Assembly: GCA_963791295.1 (NCBI GenBank)
Contig: CAWBRY010000001.1
Coordinates: 1,271,039 to 1,335,038, forward strand
Source of the DNA: an uncultured Sphingobacteriales bacterium
GTDB lineage: Bacteria > Bacteroidota > Bacteroidia > Chitinophagales > Chitinophagaceae
DNA: 64,000 bases
Direction: 5' to 3'
Positions 43,581 through 53,311 of the stretch are shown here, piece after piece. Position numbers and translations under genes: made by a program. The notes beneath the pieces are model-generated. The model was not told the origin of the DNA. It did no database searches and saw only the letters and a program-made list of their open reading frames with translations. Each line of letters starts with the position of its first letter. Positions within the stretch are counted from its first letter, which is position 1.

Positions 43581-43611
43581 AAAAGAAGTTAGCACAATGC
43601 TAACTTCTTTT
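43581..43611 (+). terminator. Strong hairpin (terminator/attenuator) directly after the mini-protein gene
   Basis: AAAAGAAGTTAGC/GCTAACTTCTTTT perfect 13-bp stem, loop ACAAT, T-rich 3' side. It starts 8 nt after the stop at 43573. Confidence 0.7.
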
Positions 43612-43637
43612 ATTTCTGGGAATGATCAAGATTGTCA

Positions 43638-44687
43638 ATGTATAAGAGAAGGACTTTATTGGTTGTAGTGAGCTTCATAATTGCAATTGCCACTGTTTTT
43701 CTGCTCCACGTTTATTCACGAAAAACAATCGGGGAAAAGAGCAGGTTTTTACGAATTTTCCCCTCTCATGTGGTTGCATCTCAAAGAGAAATCAATATCG
43801 GGTATAATTCTTATTATTTTTCTGGCACTTCATCCAACAATATTTATCTGGGAAATCTGACCGCTCCAATTATACTGAAAATAAATATAGAACAAGGTGA
43901 TACGGAAATTATTAGGTTAAAGCTTCCTCCTATAATAACTGCATCCAGAGGTAATTTTCGGATCACTGTAGATTCTCCGTATGTGTTTCTAAATGATCGT
44001 GTTACGACCCGTACCTATGTAGGGTTGATCGGCGACTCCTGCAAATATCTGGGAAGGCTGGATAGTTTTCAGAGTCTGGAAATAATTCCTATTTCTACGT
44101 CAACTTTTGTTCTGCGAACTTACAGTAAGAGATATCAACAAAGTATGCTGCTAAAAGCAATAGTAGATAATTCGAAAGTAAAAAGGAAAACTTACTTATT
44201 GAAAAAACATTTAGAAGGTTTTTTTTCTACAGATGGGATATTAGAGTATGATCGGCAAAATAATCGATTGGCATTTATTTACTACTATCGCAATCGATTT
44301 GCTATACTTGACACAAATTTGAATCTTTTATATGAACGAAGAACTTTGGACAAAACCGAGGTTCCAGATCTTCAGGTAAGTACGATTTATTCCGAAGAAA
44401 TTTCCACTTTTTCTGCTCCTCCGTTGGTCGTGAACAAAAAGGCCTCCATTTTTGGTGACTACTTGTTAATAAACTCAAACTTACCGGCTGACAACGAAAA
44501 CATGAAGGTATTTGATGACTACTCGGTAATTGATGTGTATATGATAAGAGAAGATAAGTACAAAATGAGTTTTTATATTCCCAAATTAAATAGTGAAAAG
44601 TTATCAGATTTTAGATTTAGTAGCGGAATGCTATTTGCGCTTTATGATCGTTATCTGGCTATTTATAAGATCGGCGTCATCCAATAA
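43638..44687 (+). CDS. N-terminally anchored beta-rich protein, no recognised family (possible propeller-like fold)
   Basis: Intact ORF (the track starts at TTG 43632; the ATG is at 43638). One TM helix, LLVVVSFIIAIATVFLL. The rest is rich in short aromatic/hydrophobic strands (YYFSG, FRITVDSPYVFL, RLAFIYYYRNRFAILD, VIDVYMI, MLFALYDRYLAIYKI). Confidence 0.65.
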   Translation: MYKRRTLLVVVSFIIAIATVFLLHVYSRKTIGEKSRFLRIFPSHVVASQREINIGYNSYYFSGTSSNNIYLGNLTAPIILKINIEQGDTEIIRLKLPPIITASRGNFRITVDSPYVFLNDRVTTRTYVGLIGDSCKYLGRLDSFQSLEIIPISTSTFVLRTYSKRYQQSMLLKAIVDNSKVKRKTYLLKKHLEGFFSTDGILEYDRQNNRLAFIYYYRNRFAILDTNLNLLYERRTLDKTEVPDLQVSTIYSEEISTFSAPPLVVNKKASIFGDYLLINSNLPADNENMKVFDDYSVIDVYMIREDKYKMSFYIPKLNSEKLSDFRFSSGMLFALYDRYLAIYKIGVIQ

Positions 44688-44698
44688 ATCATAAATGT

Positions 44699-46264
44699 TT
44701 AGTTGTCTTTAGATAAGGCTTGGATCTTTGATAAGATGGTTTTAGCATCATCTTGATTTGTGAATTCCGCGGCGATTTTGCCGTTTTGGTCGATCAGTAA
44801 TATAAATGGAGAATAGTTAACCCCATAGTACTTGATAATGGGTATTTGCGAAAATGCCAAGATTCCACTAGAAGGTGACTGTGCGCGCAAATTAATACTT
44901 CCTGGAGTTGTATACTTTCTACTGTAAACGGATTTCATCCAAGTTTCTTTAGATTGGTCAGTTGAAATACTGACAAATTTAATTGGCAATTCCGGAGGGA
45001 TTTGGGGCAGGATTTCTGTAATCATTGTATTATTAAACATGAGACATCCGGAGCATCCAGTGGACCAGATATCCATTAGAACGATATTTCCTTTGAAGTT
45101 CTCCAGACTAACAATTTTTCCGGTCGTATCGGGAAGCTTAAAATTAAATGCTTTGTCTCCTTCAGCCGCCCTTGTTATTGCAGAGTTTTGAATAGCATTT
45201 TTTAACAAAGGTGATTTAATTGTCTGAAGGGCATCGTTGATAAACCTTTTTCTTAGTGACCCCATTGAAATTAACCCGAGGTTTTGATTTGTATTTATGA
45301 GCATTTCTGTCAAAAGGCGCTCCCTTAGTATACCTTTGTATTTTTGCTTTATTTGATAGTATAGATCGGAAAAGGATAAAATGACATCGATATAACTAAC
45401 TCGCTTCTTGAATGAAAGCTCTAGCACCTCCTTATAATACACTGCGGCTATAAGTTGTGGAGAATAGGGAATAATTAGTGACTTGACTTTGATGGGCGAA
45501 GTTTTGTGCTTTTCCAGCAGCTCAATATGACTTTGGAGATTTTCAGAAGTGTCAAGAATAAGTATAATCCGCAGTAAGTCAATTAATGTCCTATCATAAG
45601 AACTATAAAATTCACCTGCCACATCAGCTTTCATGATTTCGTAGGTGGCGACACTTAAGTCTTTCTTATTTGAATTCAGCAAATTTTGTTGCCTTTGATA
45701 AAATTTAAGTTTCTCAGATCCTATGCTCGCCCAATAATTGATAATTGAAGGGGCTGACTTTGTGTCCGCGGCTTTCCGAGTTTTCGTTACCGAATCTTCA
45801 TATTCTTTAGATTCGGACTTAAATTTCCGATTTGCGAAAATCAAAGATGATCTGCAGTTATATTTGCTGGATCCCGGCCCGCTAGTTTTTACGTCGGTTA
45901 TCCATTTATTCCTTACCTCAATTTGCATACTTAATTTGTCATTCCTTTCCACTACATATTCGTCTACAATATCATTGTCTTGGTTGTTGGTACTGTCGAA
46001 GTAGACGGAAAGCTGACCAATCTTTCCGATGTTCTTAACTGGAATATTTAGTTTGAACCGCCCTTCATATACTTTTACTAAAGTATCATATCGATGTAAT
46101 ATATCCATTTGAGTAACGCATTGGTCATAGTAATAGAGGCTCACTGCATGGACCGTGCTTACCTCACCTTCTATCTTTCCATCAATTGTTACGTATTTAG
46201 ACTGACCTCTTGACAAATTGCAAATAAGAAGGGCTACAACAATAAATACCAGGCGCGAATTCAT
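44699..46264 (-). CDS. TlpA/ResA-type thiol-disulfide oxidoreductase with about 370-aa N-terminal extension
   Basis: Intact 521 aa with a signal peptide (MNSRLVFIVVALLICNLSRGQ). The C-terminal thioredoxin fold has FKLPDTTGKIVSLENFKGNIVLMDIWSTGCSGC (CxxC). It is the last gene of the sigma/FecR/SusC/SusD operon. Confidence 0.8.
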   Translation of the reverse strand: MNSRLVFIVVALLICNLSRGQSKYVTIDGKIEGEVSTVHAVSLYYYDQCVTQMDILHRYDTLVKVYEGRFKLNIPVKNIGKIGQLSVYFDSTNNQDNDIVDEYVVERNDKLSMQIEVRNKWITDVKTSGPGSSKYNCRSSLIFANRKFKSESKEYEDSVTKTRKAADTKSAPSIINYWASIGSEKLKFYQRQQNLLNSNKKDLSVATYEIMKADVAGEFYSSYDRTLIDLLRIILILDTSENLQSHIELLEKHKTSPIKVKSLIIPYSPQLIAAVYYKEVLELSFKKRVSYIDVILSFSDLYYQIKQKYKGILRERLLTEMLINTNQNLGLISMGSLRKRFINDALQTIKSPLLKNAIQNSAITRAAEGDKAFNFKLPDTTGKIVSLENFKGNIVLMDIWSTGCSGCLMFNNTMITEILPQIPPELPIKFVSISTDQSKETWMKSVYSRKYTTPGSINLRAQSPSSGILAFSQIPIIKYYGVNYSPFILLIDQNGKIAAEFTNQDDAKTILSKIQALSKDN

Positions 46265-46305
46265 AGTTCTAATTTTGTGTTTACAGATGAATACGTTAGG
46301 AATTC

Positions 46306-47665
46306 TTAGTAACCCGCATTTTGAGTAATGTGCGGATTGTTTTGGATCTCTTGCGATGGAATGGGAAATAGAATGTCTGAGGGCTCCCAGGATGTTTTTA
46401 GTGGGGCGAGAATAGAGTCCGCTGTTTCGGTTCTTTTCATATCAAGCCAACGATGTCCCCATTCTCCAAATAGTTCGTGCTGGCGTTCATCTAGGATTGC
46501 CATGAGCATACTATTTTCATCATTCGCCGCAGTTGGACTAAGTCCTGCTCTTGAGCGAATCATGTTTAGATCCTCTTGTGCTCCAACAATGTTATTTTGA
46601 TGAACTCGAGCTTCGGCCCTGATGAGGTACTGTTCTGCAAGCCGCAAAATCATAGAATATTCATCAAGACTTGCACCGGATTTGATTTTGTATTTATATG
46701 GAAAATAGTACGCGTTGACCCCATCCGAAAAGCTATCTATCCAATTCGACAACCTCTGATCTGTGTTTTCGAAGGAGCTAATCAAAGTTGTCGTTATACT
46801 CGATATGTTGGGTACGCTGGTTAGTATAAAATATCTGCCTTCATTTGTATTGTATCCGGGTTCATTAGGCATCAGCTGCCATATAGCTTCTGAACTGTTT
46901 TTTAGAAATATCGCATTTAGGTCCGAGATCAGGATAATAATTAGTATTATTAATTACGGAATTGCTCTCTATCTCAGCATTGACCCAATCTCCTAAGTAT
47001 AGAAAAGTGCGCGCCAGCATCGCTGTGGCTGTCCATTTATTTGGCCTAATCCTTTCATTATTTGAAAAAGAGTATGTCTGATAATAGCGCCTTTAGCATC
47101 CTCTAAATCGGCAATGATTTGTTGATAGACTTCAGATTTGGATGAACGCTATGCCTTTGAATTAACTCGATAGTCTGTAGAGAGAATTAGAGGTACGTCC
47201 CCAAACAGGTTTATTAGATAAAAGTAAAAGAAGGCTCTTATAAATTTCGTTGCCCTATTAATTCTTTTTTAATGTCGACTGAGAAAGTTGATGAATTCTC
47301 AATCCTTCCAATACCGCATTGCAAGAATAAATTACTGATAAGGTTCTCCCCACATATGTGCGATGATTGCTCATTCGTTGGAATGATGGAATTTTCAAAA
47401 AACTGAATATCGTCCTGACTAGATGAATAATTAATTCGTCCGATAGTCCTGCCTGCGTCGAAAAATATTCGACTGCCCCGCTTGCAAATGCGAAGGTGAA
47501 AACCATTCTACTATATATTCCGTCTACCGCCGCCTTTGCAGAAGCATCGCTTGAAAATACTATCGAACTAATTAATTCGGTAATTGGAGGATCAATTTCT
47601 ACAAATTTCTTACAGGAATTGAGTGTCAATTGCAAAATTACTATGAAAAGGCAGCCCAATCTCAA
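46306..47665 (-). pseudogene. SusD/RagB-family lipoprotein (pair 2), frameshifted
   Basis: N-terminal piece with lipobox LTLNSC (47258-47665). C-terminal piece 46306-46872 with YLIRAEARV...RQHELFGEWGHRWLDMKR...PIPSQEIQNNPHITQNAGY*. The middle is in other frames. Confidence 0.8.
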
Positions 47666-47702
47666 AGAGTTAATGTATATATTTTTTGATTGTTTTCAAA
47701 AA

Positions 47703-50700
47703 TTAAAAGTTCAATTGAATACCTGTGGTAATATTCGTAGTGGGGGAAGAATAAGTTGTTGTGTTTCGGGGTCGAATCCGATATAGTTGGTAAACGTGAA
47801 AAGGTTTTGACCTTGTAAATAAATTCGCAAATTTCTCAAGCCCTATTTTTATTTTATTTTTTTTAGTTTCAACTTGATAAGACAAAGACAAGCTCTTAAA
47901 TCGAACAAAGGAGGCATCTACGATAGCGCCATCACCAAAAGAGTAATTATTGTAATATGCAGTGGCAGCCTCAGAACCAAAATCTTGAGTGAATTTTTGG
48001 ATGGCAGTGATATCTCCCTGCTGACGCCAACGATCAAGAACAACTGTTGGCTGGTTCACAGGCGCTCCAGGAACTCCAATGCTCCTTGAATAATCAAAGC
48101 CTGTCTGTTTGACAAATTGAATTAAAAACTCTAATTCAAAAGCTTTGTACTTTATACCACTGGAAAATCCCCCATAAAATCTTTGGCCGATCATTTCTTC
48201 GCCGTAAGGTCTAAGGGAAAGTTTGGATTTGCATTCCCATCGCCGTTAATATCTTCAAATTGGTACACCCCGGTTTGGGGGTCGACTCCGGTTAAATGAA
48301 ATCCCTTATATATTCCCAGCGGTTTTCCAACTTCATAAAAGTATATATAGTTAGAATTGTCAATGTCAGGAAACCTTAATAATTTATTTTTCGGAATTGT
48401 AAAATTAAAATCTACTGCCCACGATACATTTTTGCCCCTTAATACTTCGGAATTAAACTCAAATTCAAATCCTCTATTTTCAATTAACGCAGGTAGATTA
48501 TATTGGATGCTTGAAAATCCAGTGCTTAATGGTAGAGGAGAGGCCACTAATTGGTTGGATGAACGGTTTCTAAAGTAATTGAGCTTCATCAAGAGCCGTT
48601 CTCTAAATAGTCCCAGTTCCAATGCGATTTCAAACTTCCTATTAACCTCCCAACTGTAATCTGGATTTGCAATCCGAACCGGTCTTAATCCTGCATTGCC
48701 CTGATAGGGAAAACTAGTTGCCTGCCAAGATGTTAAATATTGATAAGGAGCTAGTTGATCATTTCCTGTAGTACCATAACTAAATCTCACTTTTCCGTAA
48801 GATAAAAACCCGAGGGCTTGTTTAGCAAAGGCTTCGTTACTAAAAATCCATCCGGCCCCAACTGCACCAAGATTTGCAAATTGTCTATCGGGACCGAAGC
48901 GACTAGAGCCGTCTCTTCTCCAGTTAAATTTAAAAGATATTTATTCTGATAATTATAATTCAGCCTTCCGAATATAGCATTATACCTATATTGAGAGTAG
49001 CTATTTGTTGAGACTCGAATCGATGACGCAGCAGCGATGTTTTCAATGAGGCCATCGTTACTAAATCCACTTGCGGTAATTCCACGCAATTCGCTTTTAT
49101 CGCCTTGGAATGTCGCTCCTATAAGTGCAGTTAGCTGTCCCAGTGCGAATGAAATTCTATATTCAGCTTGTGGCTCAATTATCCAGGTCTCTATAGACTT
49201 GTTAGCAAATTCGGTGTAGGAATCTGCAGCTGTGTAGCCTACAAATGGATTGTATGAACTTAGCGGATTGCTTTGAATTTCGTTTAATGCTAATCGGGAG
49301 TACCCTAGGCCGGCTTTAATTAGAAGGCCGCTAATTGGTTTATACTCGAAGAGACCATGAGAAATTAGCGTACTTGTGTTTGCCTGATATTTTTTTTGTA
49401 ATTCTGCGAGCGGATTAGAAAATGTTCCATTTTCCCAGTTTAAGTTACCTTCTGAATCGTAAACAGCAGGCGCTACTGGCGGAAGCATGATGAGTCCGGC
49501 TATGCTATAACTATATAAATTGCTACGTTCTGAGTTGTAGTTCGCGGTTAAATTTCCTGAAAATTTCCTATTGTTTGTTTGATGATTTAAACTGATGCCT
49601 ACTGAACCTTTTTGTTCCGAAAGACTACCCGGAAACACGGTGGTTTCTTTGTGATAGCCGCCGCTAATAGAAATTGCGTATTTTGATTTCCACCGGAAAT
49701 TGATGATTGCAAATCGGTATAATGGGCTGTTCCTCCGATCAATAATTTTTGCCAATCTGTATAGCGAGTAGTGTCCCATAAAGTCAAATCATAGTCCCAG
49801 GATTGAGGAGTCGCGCCATCATTTAGAAAGGCTTCATGCCGCATGTCGAGATATTGCTTCGTATCCAGGAATTCCATGAAATGCGCAACTTTTCCGACTC
49901 CCGATGTAAGCGTTAACATTTAAATTGGTTTTCTCTATTTTCCCCTTTTTTGTGGTTATTAATATTACTCCATTTGCTCCTCTGGAACCATAAATAGCGG
50001 TGGCATCTGCATCCTTTAGTATTTCAATACTTTCAATATTTGAAGGATTTATACTATTTAGCGTATTACCTCCTCCTGTAATACTATTTGAAAGGTTAGG
50101 GTTTAATGGTCCGGCGGGAAATGGCACTCCATCGACTATGTAAAGCGGGTCATTCCCATTGGCTATGGAATTCCTACCCCGAATTCTGAACGGTGAAATC
50201 TCCGCCGGGCACTCCCGTGTTTTGAGAAATGTAAAGACCGGCCACCCGTCCTTGCAAGGCCTGAAGGGGATTGTTAACCGGCTGTTTAGAAATCGTTTCG
50301 GCCGTAACCTTGCTGATGTTGCCGGTTCTCAGTTTGTCGGTAGTATTATAATACCCCGCATTAATCGTAACCTCTTGTTGGGCAGTAATCTTCGTTTTTA
50401 CCTGGATCAGAATTTTTGATTTATCGCCCACCTTCAACTCCAGGCTTTCTATATTCACTCCGCTGATGATTAATACCGCATTCTGATCAATATCTTTTAT
50501 TTCAAAATAACCGTTGGCATCGGTCATAGCACCTCGTTGCGTACCTTTTATCATCAATGTCGCTCCTTCTATCGGCTCGCCACTCTCGTTGACAACACGA
50601 CCGGTAATGTTGATAGGTTGAAAGGATGTCGTTGCAGGTGGAATAGGTTCTGCTTTTGTTTGTACCACTATATATCGATCCTCGACAATAAATGTAAGCG

Positions 50701-50989
50701 GCTGATCCTTGAAACATGCCGCCAGCGCCTCTGTCAACGTAATGCTCCTTAGTTCACAGGTAACCGGGATCGTCGCCTTTAACTGCGCGCGTGTATATAT
50801 AAATGAATAGCCTGATTGCTTCTTGATTTCTTTGAAAGCCGTCTCTAACGGAGCATTGCTGAGAGAGAGTGTGATGGTCTGACCAAATCCTCCTGCGGAG
50901 ACCTGCAGGCAGCCGACTACGGTAAGCAGGATTAAAAGTTTCATGGTCAATAAAATTGAATGTCCGGATTCGAAAACTTTTAATTGCAT
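47703..50989 (-). pseudogene. SusC-family TonB-dependent transducer with N-terminal STN signalling domain (pair 2), frameshifted
   Basis: The N-terminal 271-aa piece is intact. It has an STN-like domain (LSLSNAPLETAFKEIKKQSGYSFIY...), a carboxypeptidase-regulatory-like domain (ITGRVVNESGEPIEGATLMIKGTQRGAMTDANGYFEI) and a plug. The downstream barrel is in 6 or more pieces and ends ...GIQLNF*. An alternative start is at 50944. Confidence 0.85.
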
Positions 50990-51125
50990 AGTTTTGTAAT
51001 GTTTGGGTTTCTGAACTCAGTTGATTTGCCTCAGTTGATAGTAAGGGTTAACCCAAACTTCTTGCCGTCCCGGCTTCGACCTCGGGACGGTTTTTTGTTT
51101 GCATTAACCTCCGGATATTTAATCG

Positions 51126-52319
51126 TCACGGTAATACATATACGGTTTTGTTGTCGATTTTGAAATGTACATATCCATTTAGCTCCAATAGATGTAATAG
51201 TTTGGTTAAAGGCTCACTGCGTCGTATAGTCGCATTAAATAGCTGCTTGATCTCTCCTTTGTACTCCACAGTTGCTCCGTACCACCGTTCGACTTGGTGC
51301 ATGATCGATTCTATAGGAGTATCATGAAATACAAAATTTCCGTTTTTCCATCCCGTGATCTCATCCGTGTCTACACCTTCCTGCCTTGTCAGTTTGTCGC
51401 CGCTTATCCTTGCTTGCATGCCGGGTTCCAGCTTTTCGATTTGATTCATCCTATTAACAGAAACGGTTCCTTCCAGCAGGGTTATTTCTTTGGACGCCTC
51501 ATTGCTATAAGACATGATATTAAAATGAGTTCCAAGCACCTTAACTCCAACACTATCCCCAACAACCACATGAAATGGTTGGTTTTCATTTTTTGCGACT
51601 TCGAAATACGCTTCACCATCCAATTCAACTCTTCTCTCTGCCCCGGAGAAATGGGAAGGATATTTGATCGTGCTCGCAGCATTTAACCAAACCCTGGTCC
51701 CATCCGGCAATCTGACCTGGTATTGCCCGCCAATCGGAGTGGAAAGAGTGTGAATAGATGCGGGTTCATTCTTTGAAATGTCTGCCACATATTCCAACTC
51801 TCCATCCCGCAGTTTGTTGATATCCACTCCTTCCTCATTTTTCACCAATCCAGTCTTAGCTTCTGTCAAATCGATTACACTACCATTCGATAACCTAAGC
51901 GTTGCACGATTGCCTCCCGGTTCAAGAGTTGTGGAATCCGATTTAGCTATTTCGCGCTGCCCGGCAATATCTTTCGCTGCATAGCGGTAAATGAAAAAGA
52001 GACCTACAATTACGAGGAGAACTGCAGCGGCAATCCAGGCAATGGTTGTCCTGGATTGTTTCGTACGAAGCTTACCGCTTTCCCTCAACCGCCGATAAGA
52101 TTCTCTCGTTTGAACTTCATCCATCCAGGCCAGGTTTGCTTCCAGGTTTTTCTCGTCGGTCAATTCTTCAAATAGTAACATGTTATGATCGCTTGCATTC
52201 ACCCAATCATTCAATTCATCATGCTCCTCTTCCGTGATGCTGCCCCGGATATAGCCTGCTACCAGGTATGCAATCCGATAAGCATCCTTATCCAGATGTG
52301 CGTAGGGATCCTTTTTCAT
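51126..52319 (-). CDS. FecR-family anti-sigma/transmembrane sensor
   Basis: Intact 397 aa. N-terminal anti-sigma region, one TM helix (IAWIAAAVLLVIVGLFFIY), FecR domain (LPDGTRVWLNAASTIKY...GEAYFEV), and a C-terminal DUF4974-like part. Confidence 0.9.
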   Translation of the reverse strand: MKKDPYAHLDKDAYRIAYLVAGYIRGSITEEEHDELNDWVNASDHNMLLFEELTDEKNLEANLAWMDEVQTRESYRRLRESGKLRTKQSRTTIAWIAAAVLLVIVGLFFIYRYAAKDIAGQREIAKSDSTTLEPGGNRATLRLSNGSVIDLTEAKTGLVKNEEGVDINKLRDGELEYVADISKNEPASIHTLSTPIGGQYQVRLPDGTRVWLNAASTIKYPSHFSGAERRVELDGEAYFEVAKNENQPFHVVVGDSVGVKVLGTHFNIMSYSNEASKEITLLEGTVSVNRMNQIEKLEPGMQARISGDKLTRQEGVDTDEITGWKNGNFVFHDTPIESIMHQVERWYGATVEYKGEIKQLFNATIRRSEPLTKLLHLLELNGYVHFKIDNKTVYVLP

Positions 52320-52372
52320 AGTATTAAGTTAGGATAAGCTATTAATAAGAAGGCAGGCGGGGCAAAAAAGGA

Positions 52373-52971
52373 CTATGCCGGCAGGAAAAAAATTTTCAGA
52401 AAGAGAGGAAGTATAATTAGCAGAGGGCGAACGAGTTTTTTTCGCATGGCTTCCAGACCCTTTGTTTTTTGTGTCTTAATCGTACTCCGCGAAAGATTCA
52501 GCTCCCTCGCAATTTCTCCGGTCGTCTTTCCATCAATAAAATGCATGGCTAATCACCCTGCGATTTCCTGGAGCCAATCCTTTTAACGCAGCATGGACAA
52601 GTCGATATGCTTCTGCCCGCACGATCTGATCGTGGGGCGTCTCGTAGTATGATCATTGATCCTTGCGAATCCCGCTGAACCTGATTTCGTCTGGCTTCCT
52701 GGTAAAGCACCTTTTGACTATCTCGCCGCACGATCTTATATAAATATGCGCGAATTGCCTGGTAGGTCGTCAGCTTGCCATGCATTTTCCAGGTTTTTAC
52801 AAATGCTTCCGATGCGATTTCTTCAGCAACGGCGCGGTTTTGAACAAGCCGGTGAGCAAAGAGGGAAAGGGCAGCATGGAATTCTAAAAAAAAGAATTCA
52901 AGCCCCTGCTCGTCTCCTTGTTGAAATAAAGAGGTGTATTCCTGGACCGTAAGATTGAACTTTGAACGCAA
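52373..52971 (-). pseudogene. ECF sigma factor (FecI-like), frameshifted
   Basis: Region 2 is in the 140-aa piece (EIASEAFVKTWKMHGKL...AYLYKIVRRD). Region 4 is in another frame (...FIDGKTTGEIARELNLSRSTIKTQKTKGLEAMRKKL), with the stop at 52373-52375. Confidence 0.8.
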
Positions 52972-53259
52972 GTTTAATTCTTTGGCATTAATAAATGTGG
53001 AGTCGCAGGAAGAGTGGCAAGAAAGGCGCAGGTCTCCGCTTACTGCCTTGGGGTCCGTGGAGACCCGTTAACGAATAAGGGAGCCCACGCCTAAACGTGA
53101 GCTCTTGCTTATCGTCCCGTTAACTTTGAAAATTCCACGGTTTCAAGGCGAGACTCCAAGCGAAAGCTTCAAATTAGTTTATGAAGATTCGCAAATCTAT
53201 ATGGATCGATAATCATCCTTTGGAAATTTCACCGATCAAAGACTAAGGTAATAAAAAAA

Positions 53260-53275
53260 ATGACGAATACGTCAT
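53260..53275. promoter_or_regulatory. Perfect palindrome ATGACG-AATA-CGTCAT, candidate operator of the XRE regulator
   Basis: 6+6-bp inverted repeat ending 37 nt upstream of the ATG at 53312. Confidence 0.3.
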
Positions 53276-53311
53276 TGAGCAGCAGGTTGTTTCTACACAA
53301 CTTGCTCTTTA

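Noticed and set aside
42442-44687. A cryptic quinoprotein amine dehydrogenase (MauE + small Cys-rich subunit + propeller-like large subunit)
   Set aside because: There is no MauG-like di-haem peroxidase, radical-SAM maturase or amicyanin-like gene nearby. The mini-proteins carry only one conserved Trp, and the orphan protein is membrane-anchored. The MauE/MauD analogy is kept only at the level of disulfide maturation logic.
43600-50100. Compositional (AT-rich) island suggesting horizontal acquisition of the orphan/TlpA/SusCD region
   Set aside because: Spot counts on a few 60-nt lines gave roughly 23-40% GC here against roughly 35-52% in other sampled lines. The ranges overlap and I cannot compute a sliding window. 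This is left as something to test, not a claim.
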